A DNA stretch of 64,000 nt from Candidatus Nanosyncoccaceae bacterium (GTDB lineage Bacteria > Patescibacteriota > Saccharimonadia > Saccharimonadales > Saccharimonadaceae), in contig JAZNRZ010000001.1 in NCBI GenBank assembly GCA_045590975.1, positions 10,900-74,899 on the forward strand. Direction: 5' to 3'. The notes beneath the pieces are model-generated. The model was not told the DNA's origin. It made no database searches and saw only the letters and a program-made list of their open reading frames with translations. Position numbers and translations under genes: made by a program. Below, piece by piece: positions 1 to 7,973 of this stretch. Position 1 is the stretch's first letter. Each line of letters begins with the position of its first letter.

Positions 1-1
1 G

Positions 2-1246
2 GCTGTCATTCTTCAGACCGTTCATAGCTCCAAGGGCCTAGAATACGAAGCCGTATTCCTAATCGCCGCAGACAACAAAAACTGGTCCGACGCAGGCGGT
101 AACCGCGATCTTATCAAGCTACCACGCAACCTTGCCTTCGTTCGCCACACTGGCGATACGGCCGACGAAAAAATTCGCGTCTTCTTTGTTGCTATCACTC
201 GCGCTAAAGCCAAGCTATATCTCACTTATAGTCTTTCAGATTTTGCTGGCCACGAAGCTGACCGTCTCAAATTCCTAGACATCCGCGAAGACGCTAATCC
301 AAACACAGGCGAAAAGGGTTACTTCAGCAAGATTATTCCAGAACCATTCAACTTCGAACTCCAAGGCGAGAGCGAAGATTTGAACCCAGAAGATTTCGCA
401 CCAAACCGCTGGTTCGACGATTATATTCCAAGCGACGAAACCAAGAGGAATCTCTTGAAACCTTATGTCGAACATTTCAGGCTTACCCCAACTGGCCTAA
501 ATACTTTTGTCGACCTAAGATACAACGGCCCAGAAGCCTTCTTGCGCAGATTTATTATTGGCGAGCCTAGCGAAGCAAACTTCAGTGCAGATTACGGCAC
601 GCTCATCCATGATGTTATGGACCAGCTCAATCGCCAAAAGCTCAGCAACGAAGACGCCTTGAATCTCTTCAAGTCTAAAGTCGCCGATGCCGACGCCACA
701 GATAAGGAGAAAGACGACCTACTGCAACGCGGCGAGCAAGAGCTATCTCGCTTCCTCGAAGAGCGTGGAGATTACCTGCGCAGCGTCAAAGCCGAGTCCG
801 AACGCAACTTCTCGAGCGAAGGCATCGTTCTTGGCGAAGTCCCGCTCACGGGTAAAATCGACCGCATCGAGATTAACGAAGAAGAGAAGACAATCACAGT
901 CGCGGACTACAAAACCGGCACACCAAAATCCAAATGGGGCACCGCCGACAGCACTTTCACTTACAAAATCCAGCTTTATTTCTATAAGTTCCTCATCGAA
1001 AACTGCCGCGCCTACCAAAATTACAAGGTCACCAAGGGTCGCATTGATTATATTCCTGCCGATTCTGACGGAGATATCGTGCCACTAGAGCTCAACTTCA
1101 AAGACGCCGAAGCAGAACAAATTAAGAAGCTTATCTCCGTAGTTTACGAACATATCAAATCCCTAGACTTCCCAGACACAAGCGAAGCCAACAAAAACAG
1201 CAATCCAACCAAAGCCTTCTTCGATCAGCTCCTTAGCGAAGAGTAA
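2..1246 (+). CDS. UvrD/PcrA/AddA-type SF1 helicase, C-terminal part, fused to a PD-(D/E)XK (Cas4/AddB-like) nuclease domain; 5' end outside window
   Basis: Frame 2 is open from the window edge: ...LQTVHSSKGLEYEAVFLIAADN...RVFFVAITRAKAKLYLTY (SF1 motifs V-VI). It continues into track ORF 380..1246, which carries GKIDRIEINEEEKTITVADYKTG (D...[DE]xK nuclease core). Confidence 0.8.
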   Translation, partial: AVILQTVHSSKGLEYEAVFLIAADNKNWSDAGGNRDLIKLPRNLAFVRHTGDTADEKIRVFFVAITRAKAKLYLTYSLSDFAGHEADRLKFLDIREDANPNTGEKGYFSKIIPEPFNFELQGESEDLNPEDFAPNRWFDDYIPSDETKRNLLKPYVEHFRLTPTGLNTFVDLRYNGPEAFLRRFIIGEPSEANFSADYGTLIHDVMDQLNRQKLSNEDALNLFKSKVADADATDKEKDDLLQRGEQELSRFLEERGDYLRSVKAESERNFSSEGIVLGEVPLTGKIDRIEINEEEKTITVADYKTGTPKSKWGTADSTFTYKIQLYFYKFLIENCRAYQNYKVTKGRIDYIPADSDGDIVPLELNFKDAEAEQIKKLISVVYEHIKSLDFPDTSEANKNSNPTKAFFDQLLSEE

Positions 1247-1250
1247 ACAG

Positions 1251-1279
1251 TTGACAAACCCTGCCATTTATGGTACAAT
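1251..1279 (+). promoter_or_regulatory. sigma70-type promoter TTGACA-17-TGgTACAAT
   Basis: TTGACA 1251-1256, 17-nt spacer, extended -10 TGGTACAAT ending 1279. Lies upstream of the uORF/zinc-finger gene. Confidence 0.7.
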
Positions 1280-1342
1280 TCACTCAATCCGCTTCTGGGC
1301 AATAGTCTAGAAGTGAGTCCACCCCAAAAGGAGGTGATTCCC

Positions 1343-1366
1343 ATGACTGCATTCAATTTTATTTGA
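1343..1366 (+). CDS. possible 7-codon upstream ORF / leader peptide (MTAFNFI*)
   Basis: ATG ACT GCA TTC AAT TTT ATT TGA sits a few nt after AAAGGAGGTGA. The same SD string recurs before the main ORF at 1400. Too short to prove coding. Confidence 0.3.
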   Translation: MTAFNFI

Positions 1367-1399
1367 GGCGGTAAGTTCTTTCAAAAGGAGGTGAATTGT

Positions 1400-1636
1400 A
1401 TGGCAGGCGACGTTTTTGATCGTTGCAGAAATTGCAACAAACTCCGTTATCTTCATAACGGCTACTGCAGTGACTGTGCATCATTCAAGGGGGCTACTAC
1501 TCCTGGCGGTTCAATCTTTGGCTCTGGTTTCAGCTCCAGACCTAAGTGTCGCGACTGTGGCGGCACCGGCAAGATTGTCCATTTCTTAGGACCCGACGAG
1601 GTTTGCAAGAGATGCGGCGGCACCGGCAAGGAGTAA
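1400..1636 (+). CDS. small Cys-rich protein with DnaJ-type CxxCxGxG zinc-finger repeats
   Basis: AAGGAGG lies 8 nt upstream of ATG 1400; the track start 1391 is a GTG inside the SD. CRNC...CSDC is followed by CRDCGGTG and CKRCGGTG. Confidence 0.75.
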   Translation: MAGDVFDRCRNCNKLRYLHNGYCSDCASFKGATTPGGSIFGSGFSSRPKCRDCGGTGKIVHFLGPDEVCKRCGGTGKE

Positions 1637-1663
1637 TGCACGCACCACACGTCATACTTTCAC

Positions 1664-1693
1664 AAAAGACTCTGCCTCGCGGAGTCTTTTTTC
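1664..1693 (+). terminator. intrinsic terminator
   Basis: AAAAGACTC / GAGTCTTTT stem followed by a T-run. Confidence 0.8.
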
Positions 1694-1698
1694 TTGTT

Positions 1699-1733
1699 CA
1701 AAAAAATAACCACCCTTTTAGCTGGCGGTTATT
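1699..1733 (-). terminator. intrinsic terminator of the small basic gene
   Basis: On the minus strand, AUAACCGCC...GGGUGGUUAU is followed by U7. Confidence 0.7.
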
Positions 1734-1744
1734 TCGAAATAGTA

Positions 1745-1840
1745 TTAGCGACCATCTTTGTGGCGAGCGTGTTTGCGCTTTTCGCTATGCTTATGATTAT
1801 TGTTGCGATTTAGCTTCGCAATCTTGATTCTCTTGGCCAT
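1745..1840 (-). CDS. 31-aa highly basic protein, leaderless (tiny ribosomal-protein-like; identity unproven)
   Basis: Absent from the >=60 aa track. Minus strand: TGTTATAGT + 6 nt + ATG, then MAKRIKIAKLNRNNNHKHSEKRKHARHKDGR*, then hairpin+U7. Same leaderless layout as the core genes. Composition recalls bL37/bS22-type mini-proteins. Confidence 0.6.
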   Translation of the reverse strand: MAKRIKIAKLNRNNNHKHSEKRKHARHKDGR

Positions 1841-1906
1841 GGATATACTATAACATATCTTATCTTACCAATCAAAAGCAGAGTCAAGAGTAGATAATTT
1901 ACGCTT

Positions 1907-1934
1907 TTGACTTTTTCGTAAGCGATGTTATAAT
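1907..1934 (+). promoter_or_regulatory. promoter TTGACT-16-TGtTATAAT
   Basis: TTGACT 1907-1912; TGTTATAAT 1926-1934. No start codon follows at the leaderless position. Confidence 0.7.
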
Positions 1935-1940
1935 AGCACC

Positions 1941-2128
1941 AGAGAGATATTCCACCTCTCTTTTACATATAGGTCCCGAACGGTTCGCGGGAAGCATCTT
2001 ACGAAAGGGGAGTGAAACCAATGGGCTAATTTGACTTCTTCGTTAGTTCTATCTCTTTAATGTCAAATGAAAGCATATGATCTCATTTCATCTTATTTTC
2101 GGGTCGTCATTCTGGCGGCCTCTTTTTT
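1941..2128 (+). ncRNA. candidate small structured RNA (possibly SRP/4.5S-like)
   Basis: Strong promoter, no SD or ORF, and an end at GGUCGUC/GGCGGCC hairpin + U8. Contains AGGUCC...GGAAGCA around a stem-loop plus a CACCUCUCUUU/AAAGGGGAGUG closing helix, reminiscent of SRP RNA helix 8. No GNRA tetraloop is seen. Confidence 0.4.
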
Positions 2129-2259
2129 GTGCTAAAATAATTATATCGAGCTACGCTTCGGCCCCTGGCTACGATTCATAAAATCCGACGCTACAGATTT
2201 GCAAAAACAAATCGCGTCACAAATCATTATCAGATAACGCGAACTTGCGAAGGATTTTT

Positions 2260-2547
2260 ATGAATCAAAACTCTTACTCATACAACCAAGAACCATTACA
2301 TGAACCAATCGATGTCGATGCTACTTTTTCACGTCAGCTACTTGGCCATTGCAAACCAATCGCTTTCCGCCTCCCATCGGGCAGAGAAGTAGAAATCTCC
2401 GAAATCGGCCTTATTCATCCAAAATACGACGGACTAAACACGCTTTTTGCCTTCGACGTCACAGACGGAGCTACAGACTACCGTATTACTTTAGACACCG
2501 AAAGCCTCAACTGGTATCTAGATTACGAGGGAGATCAATATGTATAA
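2260..2547 (+). CDS. hypothetical 95-aa protein overlapping the dinB start
   Basis: GAAGGA lies 6 nt before ATG 2260. The stop overlaps the dinB ATG region (ATGTATAAG). Confidence 0.55.
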   Translation: MNQNSYSYNQEPLHEPIDVDATFSRQLLGHCKPIAFRLPSGREVEISEIGLIHPKYDGLNTLFAFDVTDGATDYRITLDTESLNWYLDYEGDQYV

Positions 2548-3757
2548 GCTTCCACTCAAAACCATGTATATCGACCTCAATTCCTGCTTCGCCACCATCG
2601 AACAACAGGCCAGACCAATGCTTCGTGGTCGCCCCGTCGCCGTCACTAACCGACTCACGCCTAATGCCTGTATTGTCGCTGCTAGCTACGAAGCCAAAGA
2701 TCTTGGTATCAAGGTCGGCATGCGCCGCATGGAAGCCGAAAGAATCTCAAAAGATGTCGTTTTTGTCGAGACCGAGCCAGACAAATATATTTTCGTTCAC
2801 AAAAAGCTCCGCAAGATTATGGAAGATTATGCGCCAGATGTCGTCATGAAGTCTATCGACGAAGGCGTCTTAAATCTCGCTCTCAGCCCAGAGCGCATCC
2901 AGAACATGCCCAACCCAGAACTTGTAGCAGAGATTAAAGACAGACTCAGAAACGAAGTCGGAAGCTATATGCGCTGTAATATTGGCATCTCTAGCAACCG
3001 CTTCCTAGCCAAGCTTGCCGCCGAACTCCACAAACCTGACGGCTATGACGAGATTACGCCAGAGAACCAGCGCGAGATTTTCAGCAAACTCAAACTCCAA
3101 GATTTACCTGGCATAAATGTTCGTATGGAGGCCAGACTGAACGCGGTCGGTATTTTTACGCCACTTCAGTTCCTCGATGCTGATGAAGAAATCCTCGTAA
3201 AGATGGTCTGCAAAAGCATCGATGGGCACAAATGGTATCAGAGGCTTCGTGGCATCGAAGTAGACGACTGGGTTAGCGATATTAAATCTATCGGCCGCCA
3301 ATATGTTCTAGAGTCCTGCAAGCTCACTCACGAGCAAATCGAGGCTCGCGTCATCCACCTCGCCGAGGATGCCGGCATGAGATTGCGTAGCAGAGAACTA
3401 TATGCGCGCGGAGTTTATATCTGGGCCGTAGACTATAACGACACCCCACTCCACAAAAATATCCTCCTAAAAGACCCAATCCATACCGATGCGGATATCA
3501 TCCGCGTATCACGCGAGTTATTCAAAGATTTTCCAGCACCACTCAGAATCATCGGCGTCACACTATACAAAATCCAAGACAAGCCCCAAGCCCAACTAAG
3601 CCTAGAACAAGATAGAATCGAGCAAGACAACAGACTTTGTAAAGCTACAGACATCATTAATAGACGTTTCGGCGACCGCACAATATTCTGCGCCGACTCT
3701 TTCGGCACAGAGCTAGTCAAAGTCAAAATCCCATTCGGTTCTACCAGATTCCTATAA
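2540..3757 (+). CDS. dinB: DNA polymerase IV (Y-family)
   Basis: MYIDLNSCFATIEQQ, KSIDEGVLNL, and the overall Y-family layout. Confidence 0.95.
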   Translation: MYKLPLKTMYIDLNSCFATIEQQARPMLRGRPVAVTNRLTPNACIVAASYEAKDLGIKVGMRRMEAERISKDVVFVETEPDKYIFVHKKLRKIMEDYAPDVVMKSIDEGVLNLALSPERIQNMPNPELVAEIKDRLRNEVGSYMRCNIGISSNRFLAKLAAELHKPDGYDEITPENQREIFSKLKLQDLPGINVRMEARLNAVGIFTPLQFLDADEEILVKMVCKSIDGHKWYQRLRGIEVDDWVSDIKSIGRQYVLESCKLTHEQIEARVIHLAEDAGMRLRSRELYARGVYIWAVDYNDTPLHKNILLKDPIHTDADIIRVSRELFKDFPAPLRIIGVTLYKIQDKPQAQLSLEQDRIEQDNRLCKATDIINRRFGDRTIFCADSFGTELVKVKIPFGSTRFL

Positions 3758-3759
3758 AC

Positions 3760-3790
3760 AAAAAGATACCCCTGATAGGGTATCTTTTTA
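3760..3790. terminator. bidirectional intrinsic terminator
   Basis: AAAGATACCC / GGGTATCTTT with A/T runs on both sides. Sits between convergent genes. Confidence 0.85.
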
Positions 3791-3792
3791 AG

Positions 3793-4821
3793 TTAGTTTC
3801 GGCGATCCATACTACGGATACTAAAGATTCCAATTCCAGCAAGCGCGAGAGCAATAAAGACTGCCAAGCTCGTCATGCTTTCACCAGTATCAGGGTTTTC
3901 TGGCTCTTCTGGCTCCTCAGGCTCCTCTGGTTCTTCATAGTTATCGTTATATATGAAGACAATGTCGTTTGCGTCCATACAGTTAATGAGTGGATTACCA
4001 CCAACAGCACATTCTTCATCATCGCCAGACCTATCATCAACCTTCCAGTCCTCAAGACCAAAGATTGTCATAGCGTGACCGTCTACAGCGATGTCTGCCG
4101 TGCGACTATAATAGCGATCGGCAAGCTCTGCTGGTTTTTCGTTGAAAGCCTCATCAGTATAGTAAGTATTCGCAGGAACATCTGTATTGTTCGTCAGATA
4201 GAAGCCCCATTTCTTATGAGCAGGAATCGTGATTTTAAAGGTCTTGCTTACAGCTTCAATTTCATATTCATCAGATTCGAAGTCAGCTTCATATTCGCTA
4301 TAGGCATCATGTTGCTCGTCAAAGAATTTGTAAGCTTTGCTAGACAGCAGACTAGGATCGCCACCTTCGTTATTTAGATAACGCTTTACGATGATTGAAC
4401 TTTGGTTACCTTCGGTCGTATCTGTTTCTGCCGCATCAAAGAGCATACCATTTACAATCTTTGCAACTTCTTCAGTCGTAACAATATCTGCATTTGAAGG
4501 ATCAAGCGGAACTGCCGTTAGGATAATATCGTCATCATAATAGTAGACGCCAATCACATCTTCGGAGCTTGTTTTGCCATAAATCGAATTTAAAGTTACT
4601 TCTAGCGGATTCTCGCCAGTCGAATCATGAATCGAAGCCGGATATTTACTCGAGATTTCCTCTGGAAATGTCTCAATAACCTTTTTGATTACATGTTCGC
4701 CATAAGTTCGCGCGTCTTCCACGTCGTAAGTATGAATACTATCCGCAAAGCTAAAACCTGAGCTTAGCAACGAAGCACCTACAACAGCAAGACCTGCAAC
4801 AAACAGAGTTTTGCTCTTCAT
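3793..4821 (-). CDS. secreted surface protein with NPDTG sorting-signal-like C-terminus
   Basis: N-terminal signal peptide MKSKTLFVAGLAVVGASLLSSGFSFA. C-terminus is (PEE)n-NPDTG, then a hydrophobic helix, then RRN. Confidence 0.85.
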   Translation of the reverse strand: MKSKTLFVAGLAVVGASLLSSGFSFADSIHTYDVEDARTYGEHVIKKVIETFPEEISSKYPASIHDSTGENPLEVTLNSIYGKTSSEDVIGVYYYDDDIILTAVPLDPSNADIVTTEEVAKIVNGMLFDAAETDTTEGNQSSIIVKRYLNNEGGDPSLLSSKAYKFFDEQHDAYSEYEADFESDEYEIEAVSKTFKITIPAHKKWGFYLTNNTDVPANTYYTDEAFNEKPAELADRYYSRTADIAVDGHAMTIFGLEDWKVDDRSGDDEECAVGGNPLINCMDANDIVFIYNDNYEEPEEPEEPEEPENPDTGESMTSLAVFIALALAGIGIFSIRSMDRRN

Positions 4822-4861
4822 TTTTATGTTCCCAATTTTTATTTTGACCTTATTTACTCAT

Positions 4862-4890
4862 AGTATATGCTTATGGTTTTGTGGTGTCAA
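4862..4890 (-). promoter_or_regulatory. promoter TTGACA-17-TATACT
   Basis: Reverse complement reads TTGACACCACAAAACCATAAGCATATACT. Confidence 0.65.
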
Positions 4891-4894
4891 TATA

Positions 4895-4954
4895 TTAGAT
4901 ATATTTTTAATTTTTAAAACAGCCATCATTTTAAAAATTTAAAAATATATCTAA
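4895..4954. repeat. AT-rich ~25-bp-arm palindrome
   Basis: TTAGATATATTTTTAATTTTTAAAA-CAGCCATCA-TTTTAAAAATTTAAAAATATATCTAA. Its core TTTTAAAACAGCCATCATTTTAAAA recurs inverted at 5472-5500. Confidence 0.8.
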
Positions 4955-4994
4955 AAATGAATCATTTATTGAATAAAAACCAACAATTCAACAG

Positions 4995-5050
4995 GCATTT
5001 CTATGTTTATTCCAAAACATGTTCTAGTTTTGAAATAAACATAGAAATGC
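4995..5050. repeat. 24-bp-arm palindrome abutting the -10 of the sRNA-A promoter
   Basis: GCATTTCTATGTTTATTCCAAAAC ... GTTTTGAAATAAACATAGAAATGC, one mismatch. Confidence 0.8.
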
Positions 5051-5062
5051 TACAATATACGC

Positions 5063-5131
5063 AGTGGCTTGGTCTCTAGAAAACCAAGCTCTTTGGGTTA
5101 AGTTACTCGCCTAGCGGCGGGTAACTTTTTT
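5063..5131 (+). ncRNA. candidate antisense sRNA, copy A (antitoxin-like)
   Basis: TGCTACAAT at 5048-5056. 5' hairpin GCUUGGU-CUCUAGAAA-ACCAAGC. Terminator GUUACUCGCC-UAGC-GGCGGGUAAC + U6. Fully complementary to the 3' end of the minus-strand small ORF. Confidence 0.55.
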
Positions 5132-5194
5132 GAGTTTCGGAAACCGAATACTCAACTCCACACTCACGCAAAAGACCGTAATCCTCACGCTCAT
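5111..5194 (-). CDS. conserved 27-aa ORF, copy A (MSVRITVFCVSVELSIRFPKLKKVTRR)
   Basis: TTTACT-17-TATGGT promoter (5345-5317), ~115-nt leader, GAAAGG 6 nt before the ATG. The paralog at 31072..31155 has the same length, with synonymous and conservative differences. Confidence 0.55.
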   Translation of the reverse strand: MSVRITVFCVSVELSIRFPKLKKVTRR

Positions 5195-5440
5195 GTAAAA
5201 CCTTTCTGCGGAGCCTCTAGCTCATCTAGAATCGCCGTTCACTGAGACTCCTGCGAATCGAGCCTCAATAATCTCAATGATCGGACACTCACGGGATACC
5301 ACCAGCCCGTGCATGAACCATAAGACAAGCTCCATAAAAAGTAAAACTTAAGCTATTTCTACCTCTATCACCAAAATACCCATTAAGGCTCAAAAGAGAA
5401 TTGTCACTAGCATCGTTTACAAACTTCCTACGAAAGCTTA

Positions 5441-5522
5441 TATAGCAAAGGGGAGGCATGTTGTTCTATTTTTTAAAAATGATGGTTGTTTTAAAAATAG
5501 AAAACATACTCCCTTTGCTATA
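5441..5522. repeat. ~80-bp long palindrome/hairpin containing the polA -10
   Basis: TATAGCAAAGGGGAG...CTCCCTTTGCTATA with inner arms GTTCTATTTTTTAAAA / TTTTAAAAATAGAAAAC. The right arm carries TGCTATACT. Confidence 0.8.
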
Positions 5523-5530
5523 CTTATCTT

Positions 5531-7969
5531 ATGGATGAACGCGAAAACCTAACAATTATTGACGGCAAAAGCGTCTTTTATCGCGGCTATTACGCCATGG
5601 GCAATCTCTCGCTCCCAGACGGCACGCCGACAGGCGGCGTTTATGGCTTCGCCGCAATGCTTATTGAAATCATCGAGAAACTCAAGCCAGAATACATTGC
5701 AGTCGCTTGGGATAAAGCCAAAACCAACATTCGCCGTCGCCGCGAAATCTACCCAGAATACAAAGGCAATCGAAAGCCAGCTCCGCCAGATTTTTACGCT
5801 CAGATTCCTTATCTTATGGAGCTTCTCGAAGCCTTTCATATTCCACTCTACGAATTCGACGATTACGAAGCTGACGATATTATCGGCACGCTCGCCCGCA
5901 AGGCTCAGGCCGCAGGGAAACGCGTTGAGATTATTTCTGGCGACCTAGATATGCTCCAGATTGTCGATACAAACATTCATATGTATCAGCTCAAGCGTGG
6001 TTTTTCCGACGTCGCCAGCTTCGATATCCCAGCCATCGAAGCCAAATATGGTCTCCGCAAGGATCAGTTCCTAGATCTCAAGTCTATCAAGGGAGATAGC
6101 TCAGACAATATTCCTGGCGTTCCAGGAATTGGCGAGAAGGGCGCAGTTAAACTTTTGCAAGAATACGACACTCTAGAAAACCTTTACGACCACGTCGACG
6201 AAATTACTGGCGCAACAGGCAAGAAACTTGTCGAAGGCAAAGATTCCGCCTTCATGAGCAAAAAGCTTGCTAGTATTCAGTTCGATGCGCCGCTAGAATT
6301 CGATCCAAAAGCCTGCGAGCTCAAAGATTTTAAACCAGAAGCTGTCGTTGCCGAGCTCAAAAAACTCCGCTTCAACTCTTTGCTACACAAGTTCGCCAAA
6401 ATCTTTCCAGATGTCGACCTCAAGGTAGCCCCAGAACCAGATTTCAAAAAACCAAAGCCTGTCGTCAAAAACAGCCCAGATGCTGTTCCGACAGATATTT
6501 TGCCACCACCAGCAGACATCGAGGTCGAGATTCCGAACGGGCTATACCTTAGTCAGCACGTCAAAGAAGACATGCACGCAGACAAAGCTCTAGCCAAAGA
6601 AATCCTAAACGGTCGCGACTATTGGGATCTTGGCCAGGTAGATTTCCTTTTCAATCCACTTGAGAAAAAGCAATCCCAGCTAAGCCTTATCGACCTCCCG
6701 AACAGCAAAGAAGAATACATCAAGCAACGCAAACAGCTCGCTGCTATGCCAAAGCTAGAGCAAATCGTCACGAAGTTCGACCTGCCTCTAATTCCAGTCC
6801 TATACAAGATGGAAGAGGAAGGCTTAAAGATCGACCCAGATCGTTTCGAAGCCCTCCGTATCGAGTTTAGCGCCGAAGAAAACAAGATTAGCAAAGAAAT
6901 TTACGAGATGGTCGGCCACGAGTTTAATATCAACTCGCCACTCCAGCTCTCGCAGGTTCTCTTCGAAGATCTTAGACTCCCAACCAAGGGCATCAAGAAA
7001 ACCCAGCGCGCCTATTCCACTGGTCAGAAAGAGCTAGACAAGCTTCGCGACCTCCACCCAATCATTGGCAAGATTGAGCGCCTCCGCGAAGTTAGCAAGC
7101 TACTCAGCACCTATATCACGCCACTTCCGACTCTTGCGGATAAAAACCTCCGCATTCACAGCACTTTCACTCAAGATGTTACGGCGACCGGCCGTTTGTC
7201 TAGCGTTAATCCAAATCTTCAAAACATTCCAGTCCGTAGTGAAGACGGCAAGCGCATCCGCTATTGCTTCGTACCAGAGAAGGGCAAAGTTTTCGTCGCG
7301 GCAGATTATGCCCAATTTGAGCTTCGCCTTGCCGCAGAGCTCGCAGGCGACGAGAATCTAATCAATGACTTCAACTCTGGCCTAGACATTCATATCAAGA
7401 CCGCCAGCGACGCTTACGGCATCCCGATGGATCAGGTCACAAAAGAACAGCGCCGCGCCGCAAAGGTGATCAACTTCGGTATCATCTACGGCATGAGCGC
7501 CAAGAGTCTATCTGACGGCACCGGTATGACTTTCCATCAAGCCAAAGAATTCATTGATCGCTATATGGAAATTCGCACACCAATCGCAGATTATCTCAAA
7601 GCCCAGCTCGAGCACGGTCGAAAATTTGGCTACGTCGAAACCTACTTTGGTCGCCGCCGCCCAACCCCAGACCTATCCGCGCCAAACTTCCTTATTCGTG
7701 CCGCCGCTGAACGCGCCGCTGCCAATATGCCAATCCAGGGCACAGAGGCAGACCTCGTAAAGCTCGCCATGATAGAAGTCGACAAAGCTCTGCCAGAAGG
7801 CGCCAAACTCGTACTTCAGATCCACGACTCCCTGATGGTAGAGTGCGACGAGAATCAAGCAAGCGAAGTTGCCAAGATTCTCCAAGAAAAGATGGAAAAC
7901 ATTGCACCAGATTTCAAAGTCAAGCTTGCTACAGACGTAAAAATCGCAAACAACTGGGGCGAACTATAA
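5531..7969 (+). CDS. polA: DNA polymerase I (5' nuclease + polymerase domains)
   Basis: N-terminal 5'-3' exonuclease motifs; ADYAQFELR (motif A), RRAAKVINFGIIYGMS (B), QIHDSLMVE (C). Leaderless: TGCTATACT + 6 nt + ATG. Confidence 0.97.
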   Translation: MDERENLTIIDGKSVFYRGYYAMGNLSLPDGTPTGGVYGFAAMLIEIIEKLKPEYIAVAWDKAKTNIRRRREIYPEYKGNRKPAPPDFYAQIPYLMELLEAFHIPLYEFDDYEADDIIGTLARKAQAAGKRVEIISGDLDMLQIVDTNIHMYQLKRGFSDVASFDIPAIEAKYGLRKDQFLDLKSIKGDSSDNIPGVPGIGEKGAVKLLQEYDTLENLYDHVDEITGATGKKLVEGKDSAFMSKKLASIQFDAPLEFDPKACELKDFKPEAVVAELKKLRFNSLLHKFAKIFPDVDLKVAPEPDFKKPKPVVKNSPDAVPTDILPPPADIEVEIPNGLYLSQHVKEDMHADKALAKEILNGRDYWDLGQVDFLFNPLEKKQSQLSLIDLPNSKEEYIKQRKQLAAMPKLEQIVTKFDLPLIPVLYKMEEEGLKIDPDRFEALRIEFSAEENKISKEIYEMVGHEFNINSPLQLSQVLFEDLRLPTKGIKKTQRAYSTGQKELDKLRDLHPIIGKIERLREVSKLLSTYITPLPTLADKNLRIHSTFTQDVTATGRLSSVNPNLQNIPVRSEDGKRIRYCFVPEKGKVFVAADYAQFELRLAAELAGDENLINDFNSGLDIHIKTASDAYGIPMDQVTKEQRRAAKVINFGIIYGMSAKSLSDGTGMTFHQAKEFIDRYMEIRTPIADYLKAQLEHGRKFGYVETYFGRRRPTPDLSAPNFLIRAAAERAAANMPIQGTEADLVKLAMIEVDKALPEGAKLVLQIHDSLMVECDENQASEVAKILQEKMENIAPDFKVKLATDVKIANNWGEL

Positions 7970-7973
7970 AGCC

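Noticed and set aside
2067-2135. 22-aa ORF MKAYDLISSYFRVVILAASFLC inside the candidate RNA.
   Set aside because: It has no SD or leaderless promoter, and its 3' half is simply the terminator hairpin and U-run.
5048-5345. tmRNA, RNase P RNA or 6S RNA as the identity of the two homologous non-coding blocks (here and at 30901-31223).
   Set aside because: There is no tRNA-like acceptor/T-arm with a CCA-proximal end, no GGGG 5' start or tag reading frame ending in hydrophobic residues, and no GAGGAAAGUCC P4 motif. The shared blocks are better explained by a conserved 27-codon ORF plus a convergent sRNA.
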